A stretch of 57,039 bases of DNA from Folioceros fuciformis. Taxonomy: Eukaryota. Location: NCBI GenBank assembly GCA_049999805.1, contig JBNGIO010005929.1, positions 1 to 57,039 of the forward strand, in the 5' to 3' direction. The translations under genes and the position numbers were made by a program. Shown one piece after another: positions 23,196 through 36,400 of the stretch (the first letter of the stretch is position 1; each line of letters begins with the position of its first letter). Below the pieces are notes generated by a model that saw only the letters and a program-made list of their open reading frames with translations, searched no databases and was not told where the DNA came from.

Positions 23196-24774
23196 TTTTG
23201 TCCATTAACGTCAGTTGCCATGAACCTCTGTCCATCAGGAAAGCATAAACAACCCTCCGGAAGTAGTTTCTCGTCCTACATGAGTTGGTAGCGAGCCACT
23301 GGTTTTGTAGAACAATGCGCAAAGTAGGTAGCACAGACGCCATTCTAACAATATACAAGAACATTGCATGTATCTCAGTTGGTGCTATTGTTCGATTAGG
23401 CCTGGCCTGCGCGGTGGCTTTCCTGAGATATCCTCTTCTGGGTGACCTTTCTGTTCAAGCTCCAGACAGCTTGTCAAACCGGGCTCTTCTCATACGGACA
23501 CCCTTCACATTTTGTACAGTAGTGTGTGTTGCGGCCTGCAGGTGCTTTATGAGAAGCCATTGAGAATGGCGTAGTAGATTGTTGTCCACATCTGACCTGT
23601 CGTCAAGGAGATCTGACAACTTGAGACATCGAGGTAGGCACCTCGAAAGAAATACTACACGTACGTACCTTTGGTGCTGTGATCACAGGTTCCCAGTAAA
23701 GCCCCTCCGTGTCTGCATCAGCATTATCCCGTCGTCTGTACTGATGCGAAGTGTTACCATGGCTCCACAAGCCTCTGATCCAAGTTAGTTGAGCTGTTCC
23801 AGGTGATGCCGCAGCGAGAAGGATTACCATAGAGAAGGAAATGAATTTGCATCTATCCTGATGCCCCATGCTTACACGGCATGATGCTGGGCTGACAGGC
23901 CCCATCCCCCGCTCCGCGGTTTCGATTTCGTCATGCTCTACAACTGGTGCGCAGAATATGTTTCATGAGGCCTCACCATACGACTTCAGCCTCATCCCTC
24001 ATCTCTCGTGGGAAGAAGAAGCCTGACAGCTCTCACTCATGGACAATACTTGCCAACACTCCAAGCATCGGAATCTCGCCCCGCCTCGCCTCCTGAGGTA
24101 AGCTACACGGAAACTCTGATTGCTGTTCACACTTGCGGACCCAGAAAGGACATGCTCCCTCGTGAAACATGTCCTCGAGGCTGGACGATGCAGACTGCAC
24201 TCCTGTTTCACGATTCACGCTCCGTGTAGAAATTGTCTTGTCTCGATTCGGCCATGCCAGCTAATCTTTGCAAGCGACCCATGAGGATCCCAGTCAAACA
24301 GGAGGTCACCGCAAGTACATGCGCGAAGTTATGAAGCGGCCGTAGATGATCCGAATATGCCTCGCTCCCCGGATGGTTGCACGCAGCACGATCCCCATCA
24401 GCTCAACGCGGTTGGCATTGGCGGAGCGAAAGTGCAGCCTAGCAAGGGCCGGGCCGACTGGCAATGCGCATCAATTAGGGAAGAAAACAGTAAAGCTCTG
24501 GTCGTCCAGTCTAGGTAACAGAAAACAGGCTCGCCACGCCCTGCCATCCCCACGCTCCGCTCCAATCGGACTCGACTCCCGCCTCCCCCGGTTCTTTCTT
24601 GCTCTCCTCTCCCACGCAGTTGCCTGCGCCTTTTGTGGATCTTGTTTATAGCCCGGCCTCCAGCTCTCCGATTGTGAGGAGACGACGCGCTTCCGGAATC
24701 GGATTCGTGAGTTCCCGGAGGCGGGCGCTGGAACACCGATTGCGGATTGATTGAGCTGTGAGCAGGGAGAGACG

Positions 24775-25398
24775 ATGGCAAGCACGACGGCAAACAATGG
24801 CGCTTCCAAGGCGCCAAGGAGGCTCCTGTCGTCCATGTACAGGAGATCGGTGGCAGCGCATCCGTGGCACGATCTGGAATTGGGGCCGGGAGCTCCGGAG
24901 GTGTTCAACACAGTGGTGGAGATCAGCAAGGGGAGCAAGGTGAAGTACGAATTGGACAAGAAGACAGGGCTGATCAAGGTGGATCGCGTGCTCTACTCCT
25001 CGGTGGTGTACCCGCATAACTACGGCTTCATCCCGCGCACGCTCTGCGAGGACAACGATCCCATGGACGTGCTGGTGCTGATGCAGGAGCCCGTGCTTCC
25101 GGGATGCTTCCTGCGCGCCAGAGCCATCGGGCTCATGCCTATGATAGACCAAGGTGAGAAGGATGACAAGATCATTGCAGTCTGTGCAGACGATCCCGAG
25201 TTCCGCGTCTACGAGGACATCAACCAGCTGCCCCCTCACCGCCTGGCGGAGATCCGCCGCTTTTTTGAGGACTACAAGAAGAACGAGAACAAAGAAGTTT
25301 CTGTCGAAAATTTTCTTCCAAAACAAAGTGCCATTGACGCAATCAGACACTCCATGGATTTGTACTCTTCCTACGTGCTGGAGACCCTGAGACAGTAG
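24775..25398 (+). CDS. PPA: Soluble inorganic pyrophosphatase (family I), intronless CDS
   Basis: [48 protein letters not shown] (active-site signature), [27 protein letters not shown] 24775, TAG 25396-25398. Confidence 0.97.
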   Translation: MASTTANNGASKAPRRLLSSMYRRSVAAHPWHDLELGPGAPEVFNTVVEISKGSKVKYELDKKTGLIKVDRVLYSSVVYPHNYGFIPRTLCEDNDPMDVLVLMQEPVLPGCFLRARAIGLMPMIDQGEKDDKIIAVCADDPEFRVYEDINQLPPHRLAEIRRFFEDYKKNENKEVSVENFLPKQSAIDAIRHSMDLYSSYVLETLRQ

Positions 25399-28389
25399 GC
25401 CCTGGCCCTGGCCCTGGGCTGGGCTGGAGGTTGGCTTCAATCAGTTCCGTGCAAGCAGATGCTGAGTGCGCACTTTCCTGTCAGGCATTCTCTTCCCTGG
25501 ACCATCTGAAGCCGCTTGGACGACCTGGCATATGCGACCGTTAATTTTGTTAGTTTGATTCATCCTCCTCATGCATGCCGATCATACGGTTTGTGTGAAT
25601 CCAATTACTGTATAAATGCTTGCGAGTAGGATTTCATCTCTTAATCGTACCTATCCAGATCTTGTGACTTGTAGTCACACATATGGAGAGCCTACACACG
25701 CCATGTCTGGCTGGCTACATAGACCACTACATACTCTGTGTATCCCATATGGGATGAGGATGCGTGGTGTGGAATTGTCCCATACATACTTCTTCCTCTT
25801 CTGCTCCTTGAGCTCGGATGCTACTCTTGCTTTGCGTTCAAGCCAACATCCTGATTCGTGTGGCTTGGTCTTTGTGAAACTTTCGGCTGTCACACGCAGC
25901 ATCAACAAGTGATGTGTATGTATCCTACTTTTTCTTTGCGAACTGGTCTGATTGGCCCCACCTCCACCTGCTCGTGATGGGGAATCCCCGCGCGTTCCCA
26001 AGTCTGTGGGAGTGTCCGGGACGCTTGCTTCGACTCCAAGTGTTGACTTGCATCATTGAACTATTCCACCAGCAGGCTTCCTTGTGAGTTCAAATTGGCA
26101 CTCGTTCTGATCCATGTGCGGCATGTTTGGGCAGGGCTAGCCACTCCTTCACGTGAGTGGAACTGGCCAAATGTGTTTGTGGGCGGCTACTGCTAATCAC
26201 GCTCTTAGGCTGCCTGATGCAGTGTTGCAAAAGCTTGCACGAGCTGACACGAGAAGGCCCTGGCGAGACTGTCCGTGACCTCAGATGTACAAAAACTCCA
26301 TAACTATGTCCAGAAAGAACTCAGCACTGGCCCGGCGAGGATACTGTGAACCTCACATCCGTTTGGATCTGGAGGCCCTGCGTTACAGGATAGGGAGGGT
26401 ACAGTGACCTAGCTTTCCAGCGAATGAGATGCATTTCTCGTTCGCTTGGAAGTACTTACATAACACACCAAGCTTCATGACACGGTCTCGTCTGCCGACA
26501 GTTGTCTTAACCCTCTGTTTGCTGACGTCTCCCAACTGTTGGAGAACTCAACCAGAAAGCACAAGCTGGCAAGCTGAAACGCTTTCAAAAGCTCTGTCTC
26601 GCCGGCAGAAAGGTTCAAAGGTCGTCATCACCCTCCGGATTACTGTCCCCATCCCTAACAAGACAACCCCAGAACCGTCTGCACCAGTTTCACGACTACG
26701 AAACGGGACCGAGTCTGCTCTGCACGTCTGTGAGAGAGACTCTTGCTCAACACGGTCTGTCACCAGCCTCTCAGCCGAACCCACCATAGTTGCAGCACTC
26801 CATCCCTCCACAATGTGGGGCACCGGACACCGCATGCATCTGTACCGGTCAGTTAAGCGGATGTGAACGTGGAGCGGTTGCATCCCTCCCCACTCCCCAC
26901 CTCCCTCACCCAACCCACGTCTCCCCATCAGTGAGCTGGTTCACAGGTCCACCTCCATCCCCACTGCAGAAGACGACGCTCTGCCGGCCAGAAAAGGATC
27001 CTGTCCGAGCAAAACAAGCTCCATCTCCCTCCGTCGGCATCCGCATCCGCATCCTCACAGCAGTGCTACAGAGTCCGCGATCCGACCTCCTCGTCACATG
27101 AGCCCCCGACGTACACTCCCAGTACATCCACCCGTCCCGTCCCATCCCATCCCGTCCCGACCCGAGCCAACCCGTCCCCTGCCCACGCTTCCCTTCCAGA
27201 CTCCCCGCCAGGCCGCCCCAGATGCTTGCCCGAAGCTCCGGCCCCACAGCACGAGTCACCAAAAGCTGCCGCGGTTCGAACCCCAGTTCGGGCCCCAAGC
27301 TCACAAAATCCGCCGACAAAGATCCCCTTCCTTCTTACCCCACGGTAAGAACAGCGAGTAAAACCACACCGAACCCTAACTGGGACTGCAGCGGGGCGCC
27401 GGGGCCGGGGGTCACATGGACTTGGGTGCTGCACATCAGCGACAGCCTGGCCCACGCGCGCGGCCCAGACAGCAAGGGCTCATGGGCTCCGGGAACAGTG
27501 GCTCGGCGGGGCCCACCTTCCCCGCCCCTTCCTTCGCAACTGCTTCTCTCCGCTTGTTCCCCTTGTTGCCCACTCCCTTTGTCGCCACCGAACCGAATCG
27601 TTCAGAAACGTTCCTTCCAGAACGTACCCCACAACGCAACTGCGTCGTTCTTGTCCAGCCTGTTCCTGCAGGGTCCTTCCCCCAGGCGCCCAAAAAGCAA
27701 GAAACAAAGCCGGATGGGCTGGCCTGGGCTGGGATGGATCGCTGGATGGCTGGATGCTCTGATCTTGAAATGCGTGGTGCCGGCTGCCCCGGGGAGAAGA
27801 CTCGGGACGCTTCGTCTGCATTGTATGCACCTGCCTTTTCCCGTGTTGCAAAATATGTTATTCATTTCACGATTGCTTCAACTCTTCATTGGGACGCCTT
27901 GTACTGTATTCTATTGTATTGTTTGATGCTCTCTTTCTCTTCCAATATGCAGATGCAAAAGAGAAGTAGAATCGTCCTTTGAGGGATCCACTTCTCTTGT
28001 AGAATTATTTTTTGTACGTACCTACTTTGTGGTGACAGAGAGAAGAGATGGGGGTTTCATGCATAGTACGAATTGGGAGCTTCATAGCAATACCTTGCTA
28101 GAACAATAGCTTCACCCAATAGCTTCCCAACCCCAACCATGTGAGTTTTGTCATACCCACCGTCGTAGAGTAGACTGCTAGGAACCTTGGTAATGAGTAT
28201 GTCTTGTAGCCATTTGGAAATGTGGTTTCTCAATCGATGCAAGAGTCTCAGCAAAAAAAACATTCTATGTTAGGATCAGCAGCTTAAGGTGACGAAGACA
28301 AGGTCCATGCTAGGTAGGTATAACTGTGTGGCATACAAGCTCAAGTTTTCTCTGTAGTATGTCAGCAGACAAGAGAAGCTTACAACTGT

Positions 28390-29170
28390 CACCAACTCTT
28401 TCCACTTTGAGGTACCAGACCCATGTAATTGCTTGCTTGAATGGGCAAGTTTGGTTACTTCTTGGAGCTACGTATTTATCCAAGATTGGGTAAGGTCTAG
28501 TGCCACAATTGACGGGCACCAACTTTGTCCACTAAGAGGTGTGTGCCATGGCAAACCCATGTCATTGCTTGCTTGATCAGGAACTCAGACCCATCAACTC
28601 CTTCCACTAAGAGGAATGTACCAAGTGGATCTGTTTGCGTGCATGAACGGAGTTGGACACATAAGCTTGTGATATTTACAACTGCCCACCAACTCCTTCC
28701 ACTTAGAGACATGTACCAAGTGGATGTGATTGCGTGCATGAACAAGCATTTGGACACACAAGCATGTCAGATGCATTCAAAATGTCCTTGCACTAGATTT
28801 CGAATCTTTGTGGGCCGAAGCGTCCAATGCATACTCTCTTTGTCAACAGTTTTAAGAAGCTGCACGATTGGAGACATGTGGCTCTCACTTTGTCCTTCCT
28901 CATGAGAATCAACAATGTCTAGAACCCAGTACTGTAGTAGAGTTCATAAATAGATACACACACTCATTCTATCCATCCGTTCATAGGAGGTTCATATCCC
29001 TGGAACAGAAGAGGCTGCACTCATTTTATCTCTTCATTGTCAGGCGAGTCCACGACTGAATCGCACTCATTCTATCCCTTCATCTAACTTGAGCAACGTT
29101 ACATCTCTACTACACTCATTGTGGGAGTGGGAGAGCTCTAGGACAATGGTCTACCCAAACCATCTCCTTG
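28390..29170. repeat. Degenerate repeat patch, probable transposon remnant
   Basis: Diverged copies of AACTCCTTCCACT...ATGTACCAAGTGGAT...GCGTGCATGAAC..TTGGACACA (about 28596 and 28691), ACCCATGT.ATTGCTTGCTTGA (about 28419 and 28554) and CACTCATT.TATC (about 28961, 29018, 29064). No credible ORF. Confidence 0.5.
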
Positions 29171-30398
29171 TTGAGAGAATGTTTGCCGGATATTTTGCAT
29201 TATGTAGATGTTTGCTCTAATTTTGTATTATCTTGTCACCCAAGTCGGTGTTTGTGAAGCGGTGTGACTCTTGTCCGGATTTACTGCCAAGGTGGATGGA
29301 CTGGGGAACATGGCCGTGGTTGAGTGTGAAGGGAGAGTGGCGGCCCACTCTCCACTCCCCCTTCCGAACTACTCCAACCCACGGAAAAGGAAACTGCGGG
29401 AATAGCAAAACCGCGTACCCAAGTCCTTCACGGCCCGCGTTGCAGCTTGGGAATCTGCAAGTGAGGAGACCGCATGCGTCCCTCCCTAGCTGGATACATG
29501 TGTATGTACACAGTAAATGCGCAGAGAGGGTAAAAGAAACCGACTGCAAGAATATTCTCACCCCGAGGAAGAGGTCGGTAATTACGGTTGCCGCCGGAAT
29601 CGCATTACAAAAGTGTTGTTAACCCCAGAGTGGCGAGATCTGGAGGCGGATCTGCGACGGGGATTGAATCATGCAGGCAGGCACTGCACTGCGGGGGCTA
29701 AGCCGGGGTCGGACACGGACTTGGGGGCGCCGCCGTGAAAGTGAAAATAGCAGAGTGGAATGGTGGTGGGGCCGCGGGCCTGCAGGCGCAGGATCGAGAC
29801 CCGTACGCGCGCGTTCAAATGCAGTTGTACATAATAGTATTGAATTATATGGCAGAGGCGGGTCACGGTAAGCCTAGCAGGAGTAAATGGTGGAAGCGCG
29901 TGGACCGTGCGGGTTTCATGGCCGGAGCTAACCTGGGGTTAAAATGCGGCAATGTGCCTCTGCAGCCGCGCCATTTGGGGGCCTGACCACGGTTGGCCGG
30001 GCTTAACCGGACAGCTGGAACAACTGCCTCTCTCTCTGCTGGCTGCCTGCCTGGCAGGCCGCGCTGCGTGCACTGCGCTCGCCTGTGGTTGCCAGATCTG
30101 CACTCTGATTGCAAGCTGGGAAGCGGGCAATGTTGGGGGAGGGGAGCGAGGATCGAGTGCGGCTGCTTGTCTGCGCGCTGCAATTTTGTGCGGATAGTTG
30201 CGGGTTGCGGTCGTAGGTGCTGCGGGAGGCCGGAGATTGAGGAGGCCGCTGGCTGACGGCTGGGCGGGGTCGGGGATCTGGCGACTTTCTGAGTGTCGGG
30301 TGTTGCGATTCAACGCGCAGCTCGATTGGTGCAGGCGGGATTGAGTAGGCCGAATAGGCTGAGAGCGGAATAGGCTGAGATTGATCTGCTTTGCCTAA

Positions 30399-30419
30399 GA
30401 GGAGGAGGAGGAGGAGGAG
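30399..30419 (+). repeat. (GAG)7 microsatellite within a purine tract upstream of the GATL CDS
   Basis: Direct reading of 30399-30419; the purine tract continues to about 30450. Confidence 0.9.
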
Positions 30420-30936
30420 GAAGAAGAGGAGAGGAAGAGGGAGAGGGAAGTGGTGAGGAGGAAGGTTTTGTGGTGTGGCGTGGAGTGAAATAGAGTGGAG
30501 TAGAAGGAAACAGAGCAGGAGAACTGTGAGGCTTGCCGTTTGTCTTCTCAGTTTGGAGCGGCCTGGTGTTGTTGTATGCGGTGTGCATCCTTCGGTTGTA
30601 TATGAGACACAGAGCGGGGAGTAATCTGCGCGATTTGAGCGCCGGTAGCGCGTCCACGGAGCGGGGGACGGGAGAGGATGCAGTTGCGCGGCTGGGAGAG
30701 TCGGCAGAGCTGAATTGGAGGCACTGGAGGTTTCGTGGTCGAGCGTAGAGAAGCTGAGGTTGAGCGGGAGGCGGAGCGGAAGCTGAGGCGGTAGCCTCGT
30801 CGCACGGGCTGGGGCCTGGTTTGGGAGGAGGAGGAGCAGGTGGTGGAAGCCTCCGGCTCTGTTGATCCTGGCATCGCGTGTCTTGTTCAGGCGCAAGTCG
30901 GCCTTGCTGATCCGGCACAGGGACAGGTTGGATATA

Positions 30937-32055
30937 ATGGTGTGGACGCTGCGGCTATGGGGAATGGCTTCCGCAATTATAATGTCAGTCATGTTGTTGC
31001 CGTCGATGCAGTCCTGGTCCCCTGCGGAGGCCAGGTCCACACGGTTTGGGGGTGATGACTTCGCATCTTTGCTGCATGATCCGGCTCTAAGATCGCCGGG
31101 GGACATTCCTGTTTTCCGCGAGGCTCCGGCTTTTCGCAACGGCAAGGAGTGTTTTATTCTGGAGCAGTCCAGTGAGGTGGCCGGTGTTTGTGACATCAGT
31201 GCTGTGCATATTGCTATGACGCTTGATGTGGCTTACTTGCGGGGTTCCATGGCTGCCATTCTGTCCATCTTGCAGCACGCAGGGTGTCCGGAAAACTTTG
31301 TCTTCCATTTTTTGGTGTCGGACAGGGATGCAGAGCTGAGAACTGTTGTGCGCTCTACGTTCCCGTTTCTCCGTTTCAAGCTGTATCATTTTGATGAAAA
31401 TCTGGTGAAGTCGCGTATCTCGTCTTCTGTGCGGGAGGCCCTGGAGCAGCCACTCAACTATGCACGCAACTATCTCGCGGACATCCTGGAGCCTTGCGTG
31501 CAGAGAGTGATCTATTTGGACTCGGATTTGGTTGTGGTGGATGACATTGCTAAGCTTTGGGGAACTAGCTTGGGCTCATACGCCATCGGAGCGCCCGAGT
31601 ATTGCCACGCCAACTTCAGCAAGTATTTCACTGCGGCGTTCTGGGCGGACGAGAACCTGGCCAGGGCTTTCAACGGGCGCACCCCTTGCTACTTCAATAC
31701 GGGAGTGATGGTTATTGACTTGGCCAAGTGGCGACGGGAGAGTTATACCAGGTTGATTGAGGTTTGGATGGACATTCAGAAGGAGAAGCGCATCTACGAC
31801 TTGGGGTCACTGCCCCCGTTTTTGCTTGTGTTTGCTGGCAGTGTGGAGCCCATTGAGCACAGGTGGAACCAGCATGGTCTTGGGGGGGACAATCTAGAAG
31901 GCCGCTGCCGTGCGCTACATCCGGGCCCGGTTAGCTTGCTGCATTGGAGCGGGAAGGGAAAGCCTTGGATGCGATTGGACGCTAATAGACCCTGCCCGTT
32001 GGATAGCCTGTGGGCACCCTATGATCTATTATTGACCGCCGTGGCCTACCAGTGA
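30937..32055 (+). CDS. GATL: Galacturonosyltransferase-like protein (GT8 family), intronless
   Basis: Hydrophobic N-terminus; [53 protein letters not shown] (DxD); [49 protein letters not shown]. First ATG 30937 (track start 30862 is TTG). Confidence 0.96.
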   Translation: MVWTLRLWGMASAIIMSVMLLPSMQSWSPAEARSTRFGGDDFASLLHDPALRSPGDIPVFREAPAFRNGKECFILEQSSEVAGVCDISAVHIAMTLDVAYLRGSMAAILSILQHAGCPENFVFHFLVSDRDAELRTVVRSTFPFLRFKLYHFDENLVKSRISSSVREALEQPLNYARNYLADILEPCVQRVIYLDSDLVVVDDIAKLWGTSLGSYAIGAPEYCHANFSKYFTAAFWADENLARAFNGRTPCYFNTGVMVIDLAKWRRESYTRLIEVWMDIQKEKRIYDLGSLPPFLLVFAGSVEPIEHRWNQHGLGGDNLEGRCRALHPGPVSLLHWSGKGKPWMRLDANRPCPLDSLWAPYDLLLTAVAYQ

Positions 32056-33476
32056 CCGAAGTGACTTCAGGTCCACCGGGGACCAGGTCGCAATAACCGC
32101 AGGTGTTGGAAATCTGGAGGTGCAATGAGCAAGGGCACCGGTAAATTCCCCTTTATCCTGAAACAGGGGTCTGGAATCCAATCATCTGGGCCGCTGATTA
32201 ATTCTTTACAGCCAACAGAATAAGCCATCCAGGATCTGGCACCTGAGTCAGGCCCTCGATGTGCAGCCCCACCCCTATTGGAACCCGTCCACCACTTCGG
32301 CCAATCTTTCCTGTGTTCCACAGTAGCAACCACATGCATGAATTACCTGCATGTGTTTCCAATCGGCAGTGGATTGTTTTGGATTGCAGGAAGTTTTGGC
32401 AAGTAGGTGCTCGTAACATGAATTCGATTATGTTCTCGGAAGGCCTTGGGCCCTGCAGTGCAACTGTCAAACGCCAATAGGCTGACGGTGATGAGGATTG
32501 TGAAGGGGGAATGATGCCCGCTGGTCACTTTCTCTTGCCCTTGTGCGTGCTGTATCCATCCTCAAAGGGCCTGCAGGTGACATGAAATTTCTCCTTGCGG
32601 GAGCAATGGTATTTAGACTGGGTCCAGGGCCGTTTCCCAGACTGTCTTGCTGAAGAGCGTCTTCATCTCGACCTGGATGGTTTGCACGCCGTACCATGAT
32701 TGTATGCACACATGTCTTAAGGTTTTGAGTACACAAGAAAACATAAAGAGTTTGCCTCAACTCCTGTTGTGGATATATATATTCTGTTGTAGCGTGTACG
32801 ATGAGACCTCGCATCTTGTCACCACCTCTGGCTGGTGGAACACCCGCACTGTGTGAGGTGACTTTGGAGACGCCTGTGCACCGACGACATGATAACAAAA
32901 GTTGTTGTTGGCGGCCACTGCGCATTGACAAACGAACCGCAAAGAAATACCATTTAACATGGTTGGAATACACTATGAAGTTGTATCACTTCAAGATTGG
33001 TTTACTATGCTAGACCTCTCTCCAAAATTCGGAGGATAGTTGAAGGTCCACACGGGCAGAAGCGTGACACACAAGAAAACAAAAGTTCCTAGAGCTCAAA
33101 CCGTTCACAAGCTGTAGTGACAGCCAGGACACGGTTTCCAGCTGGCTTCCGCTTCCGACTCGTAAGCATCTCAATTTTGTTACTGGCATCTACATGTGCG
33201 TGATATTCATAAGGTGGCTTCTGGAACACTCCAACTTGAATCCCCAAGTCCACCTGACTTGCAGGGTACAAGTAACACCAGGATGGCTCCTGTTCCGCTT
33301 TAGAGTAAAGCCGCTACCAAAACCATGAACATACCATAAACCCTAAACCATATGTACATACAAACGAAGCTTCGCCAACACCATGATTGGTCCTGAAGTC
33401 CATCCATTCACAGCTGCAATCTCAGCTGGCACATTCGCTCTGTGGCCTCTGGCAGGCACATGCGTCCAAATGGTTG

Positions 33477-36400
33477 CTACCGGCAATTGCTCCCAATGGG
33501 CCCCACCTTCTGACGTGCTCCAATGTCGGAGAGAGAATGAGAACTGTGGTCATAAAAGAAGCTGCACCTGTAGGTCAGCGAGGCATGTCCTGGACAGGGT
33601 ACGGTGCCACAGGAGGGGTCAGGTTGCTCCATCGTGTGGGTGCTACAGTAGGTCTGATTGCCGGTCTCGAACATCACATTGACTTTTCTCAAAAGACAGC
33701 TGATCTGCATGAGGTACCACGATTTCAAGCCTGTTAGTGAACTCGCACTGAATCAACCATTCGGCCTAGTGGTGAGACGCGGCCTCACCGGCAAATCTCT
33801 GAAGTCGTTTGACCCAAACAGTGCTCCTTTTTGGTAGCAACGGTACTTTGTTTCAGATGGCCAGAAGAACTTCCTGCATCTCATGTGAGTCGGACTACAA
33901 ACAGAACTTAACGAGCCACCATCTCCCGCTCTGATCACCACCGGCGACCACAGAGATTCAATGCGAACCACCTGGGACATTGCTCTTTGGTCTTCAGAGA
34001 GCGACACCTGGAAAGATAAATTTTTAGGAATTTTGGATGTGGCTGGTCGACCCTTGGAGGTTCAACCAGCAGCCCAATCGCAAGGCGACATGACCACAAC
34101 TTGCCACGAAGAAATCGAAATTTCAGTATTCAATCCGAGCTCCCCGGAACTCTAGCCAATCTTTCATACCTCCACAATATCACCGACGTAATACTCCACA
34201 TCATCCAATCTGCAAGCTTCATAGAACAAGTTGTTCTAAAGAGATGCCCGACAAGAGTATGCATCTGGAAAGAAGTCGGCAATCTCCTGTATAGACTGTG
34301 GTACAGTGGCAGGTGACCTAAAACAACTTCCTTTCCCCACACAGTGTGGTCTTTGAGGAGGCTGTGCAGAGACAGCATCAGCAACGATACGTTTTGATCT
34401 TTTCTTCCTCACCACAAGAAAATCAGTAGAGCATGCCACGTCACACAACTGCAGTGGATCACCCCTTGACTCTGGCAAGGGGAGAAGGCTGTGGGAGAGC
34501 AAACTTTGCACTAACCACTCTGCAGGCTGCACAACAAAGCATAGAATAAGCTGTCTAGGGCCCTCTAACATTTTGAGATTGCTTGGACTGAGACACATTT
34601 AGCAAAAACTAGAGTTACAAGGGTTGCAAAAGGGGAGCACAAACCACAATCGGCATGTTGAACTTGAGGGCCAAGGCTCTCTGTCTCTGAGGTAACTCCT
34701 TGAGATCCTCAACAATGAGAACATCCAAAAACATAGGTCCACTTCTGCTTGCCTGCTTCAAGCTCGTCAGAGTCTTCAGCACTCGGCCTCCACCATGCTG
34801 AACCAAGAGTCCATTCAACATTGTCATCTACTGCAGAAACAACAAAACTATGCCTGTTTGACTAGCGGGGTACCTCAAGTAGAGCTGAGAGCCTCAAACG
34901 GAAGGACAATTGGCCATACAAGACAGCCTGCAGGCCGTCAAGAATCGGTTTCCCACATCTGTTCATGAGATTGTTCTTGCTTGGCAGCTTGAATCTGTAC
35001 TCGTATCTGTCAACCGTGTACAATATTTTTCAAAGACTCTAAATGTGCAAGTCCACTTGCACAAGCATTCCGTTGGCCTGGTCCAGCCAAACACAAGGCA
35101 GCACAGTATTGAACACACTTGAAGGTGAGAGGCTTACTCACTGTACGGCAGGCACTGCCCTCTAGCTATTGAGGAAGATATCCAATCAGGCTTTAGAGGC
35201 GGGCAACCTATTGCACAGCCATACAAGAACTTGGGGGTGCGAACCTAAGCCACACACGATAAGACCCTGTTACTTACGCCGAGTGCTGGTAGAAGATGAC
35301 AAGGATAGAGGGAAAAGATGAACCTGCTGTGGGGCAATCACAATTGGTGGTCGGTTTTGAACCCTTGATGTTGACCTCAGCATCTTTACTTGCAAGATAG
35401 ATGGTGGAGGAATCTCTTGTAGGACTGAACCGCCGTGGTCTTCAATTATTTGTTCGACCTCACTCCTTTCCTGAGGCTTGTATCCCGTGAGAAGAAATTG
35501 AAGGCCCCTGAAAAGGTATCTAGATGAAGCTGTTTTGTTGACCATTCTTCTTGAAGAATGGTCAGGGCAAACTCCAGCTGCTCCTCGGCTCTCTTTCGCT
35601 GAGAAATGCTTGTCTAACGTTTCATACAGCCGAGGAGCTTCAGGGCACTTTTTTCGTCTCTGATCTTCTAGTCAGGAAACATGGGAAACTAAGTCAGCTA
35701 CAACTTCACCGCGATAAGCTCTAGTCCATTCCCTGAGATTGATTTCAATTTGTCAATACTCTGCTTTTTTCCATTAAGGAATTGATCACCACGCCATTTC
35801 AACAAAGTCCAGAAATAGATTCATGCATCTGCTAAGATCAAACGTTCCTCAGCGTACTCACATGTTTTGACCTTCACTACCATACAAGGTGGTGTCTGTC
35901 CATGGGCCTGAATAGTTGGGAGATGTGCAGATGCAACGTGATCTGCACCTAACCATCCGGCATTGAAAACTGACTGAGAGTTGTTGTCAGTTGGGGATTT
36001 TGTAGTCTGAGAATCCACAACTCTGCGAGAACGCAGATGAGCTACATTTACGCCCGGCCATAACAAAGGTGGAGAATCTGCACAGTTATCATGCTGCAAC
36101 GAAGAACGACCCTCGACTTCCACTGGGCAGCCCCTGTTGACTGGTTCCCCACTGAGCATGGTTGGACGCCTGCTTTCACCCGATGTCAGCTGTAAAGTAG
36201 AGAGATGGATGTCAACATGATCGGAAGGTGTGCTGTAAGGCCTAAGTGATCGATTTCTCTTCCGCTTAACCCCATTAACGCTACTCTCTTTGTCTTGGCA
36301 CTCTCGTAGGGACTGCATGACCTGGGCAAGAACCATGTCATGAGTTGCCAGCAACATTGGCAGCATCACGAGAGTCCGAACCATACTCATGTTATTGATA

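Noticed and set aside
23793-23875. Signal-peptide-like stretch FISFSMVILLAAAS in ORF 23603..23905
   Set aside because: It lies between GTAAGC and CAG and is pyrimidine-rich, so it is more likely an ~83-bp intron than a secretion signal.
24646-25440. 264-aa minus-strand ORF
   Set aside because: Antisense shadow of the high-GC3 pyrophosphatase CDS.
26224-26245. Resemblance to miR536 (TCGTGCAAGCTTTTGCAAC on the minus strand)
   Set aside because: Needs indels and mismatches against the remembered mature sequence, and I saw no proper precursor hairpin.
30003-31196. 397-aa minus-strand ORF
   Set aside because: Low-complexity antisense reading of the GATL leader and CDS (poly-Leu from the GAG repeat).
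33338-33349. AAACCCTAAACC telomere-like motif (also near 40790-40804)
   Set aside because: Only one or two units; too short to call an interstitial telomere or a functional telo-box.
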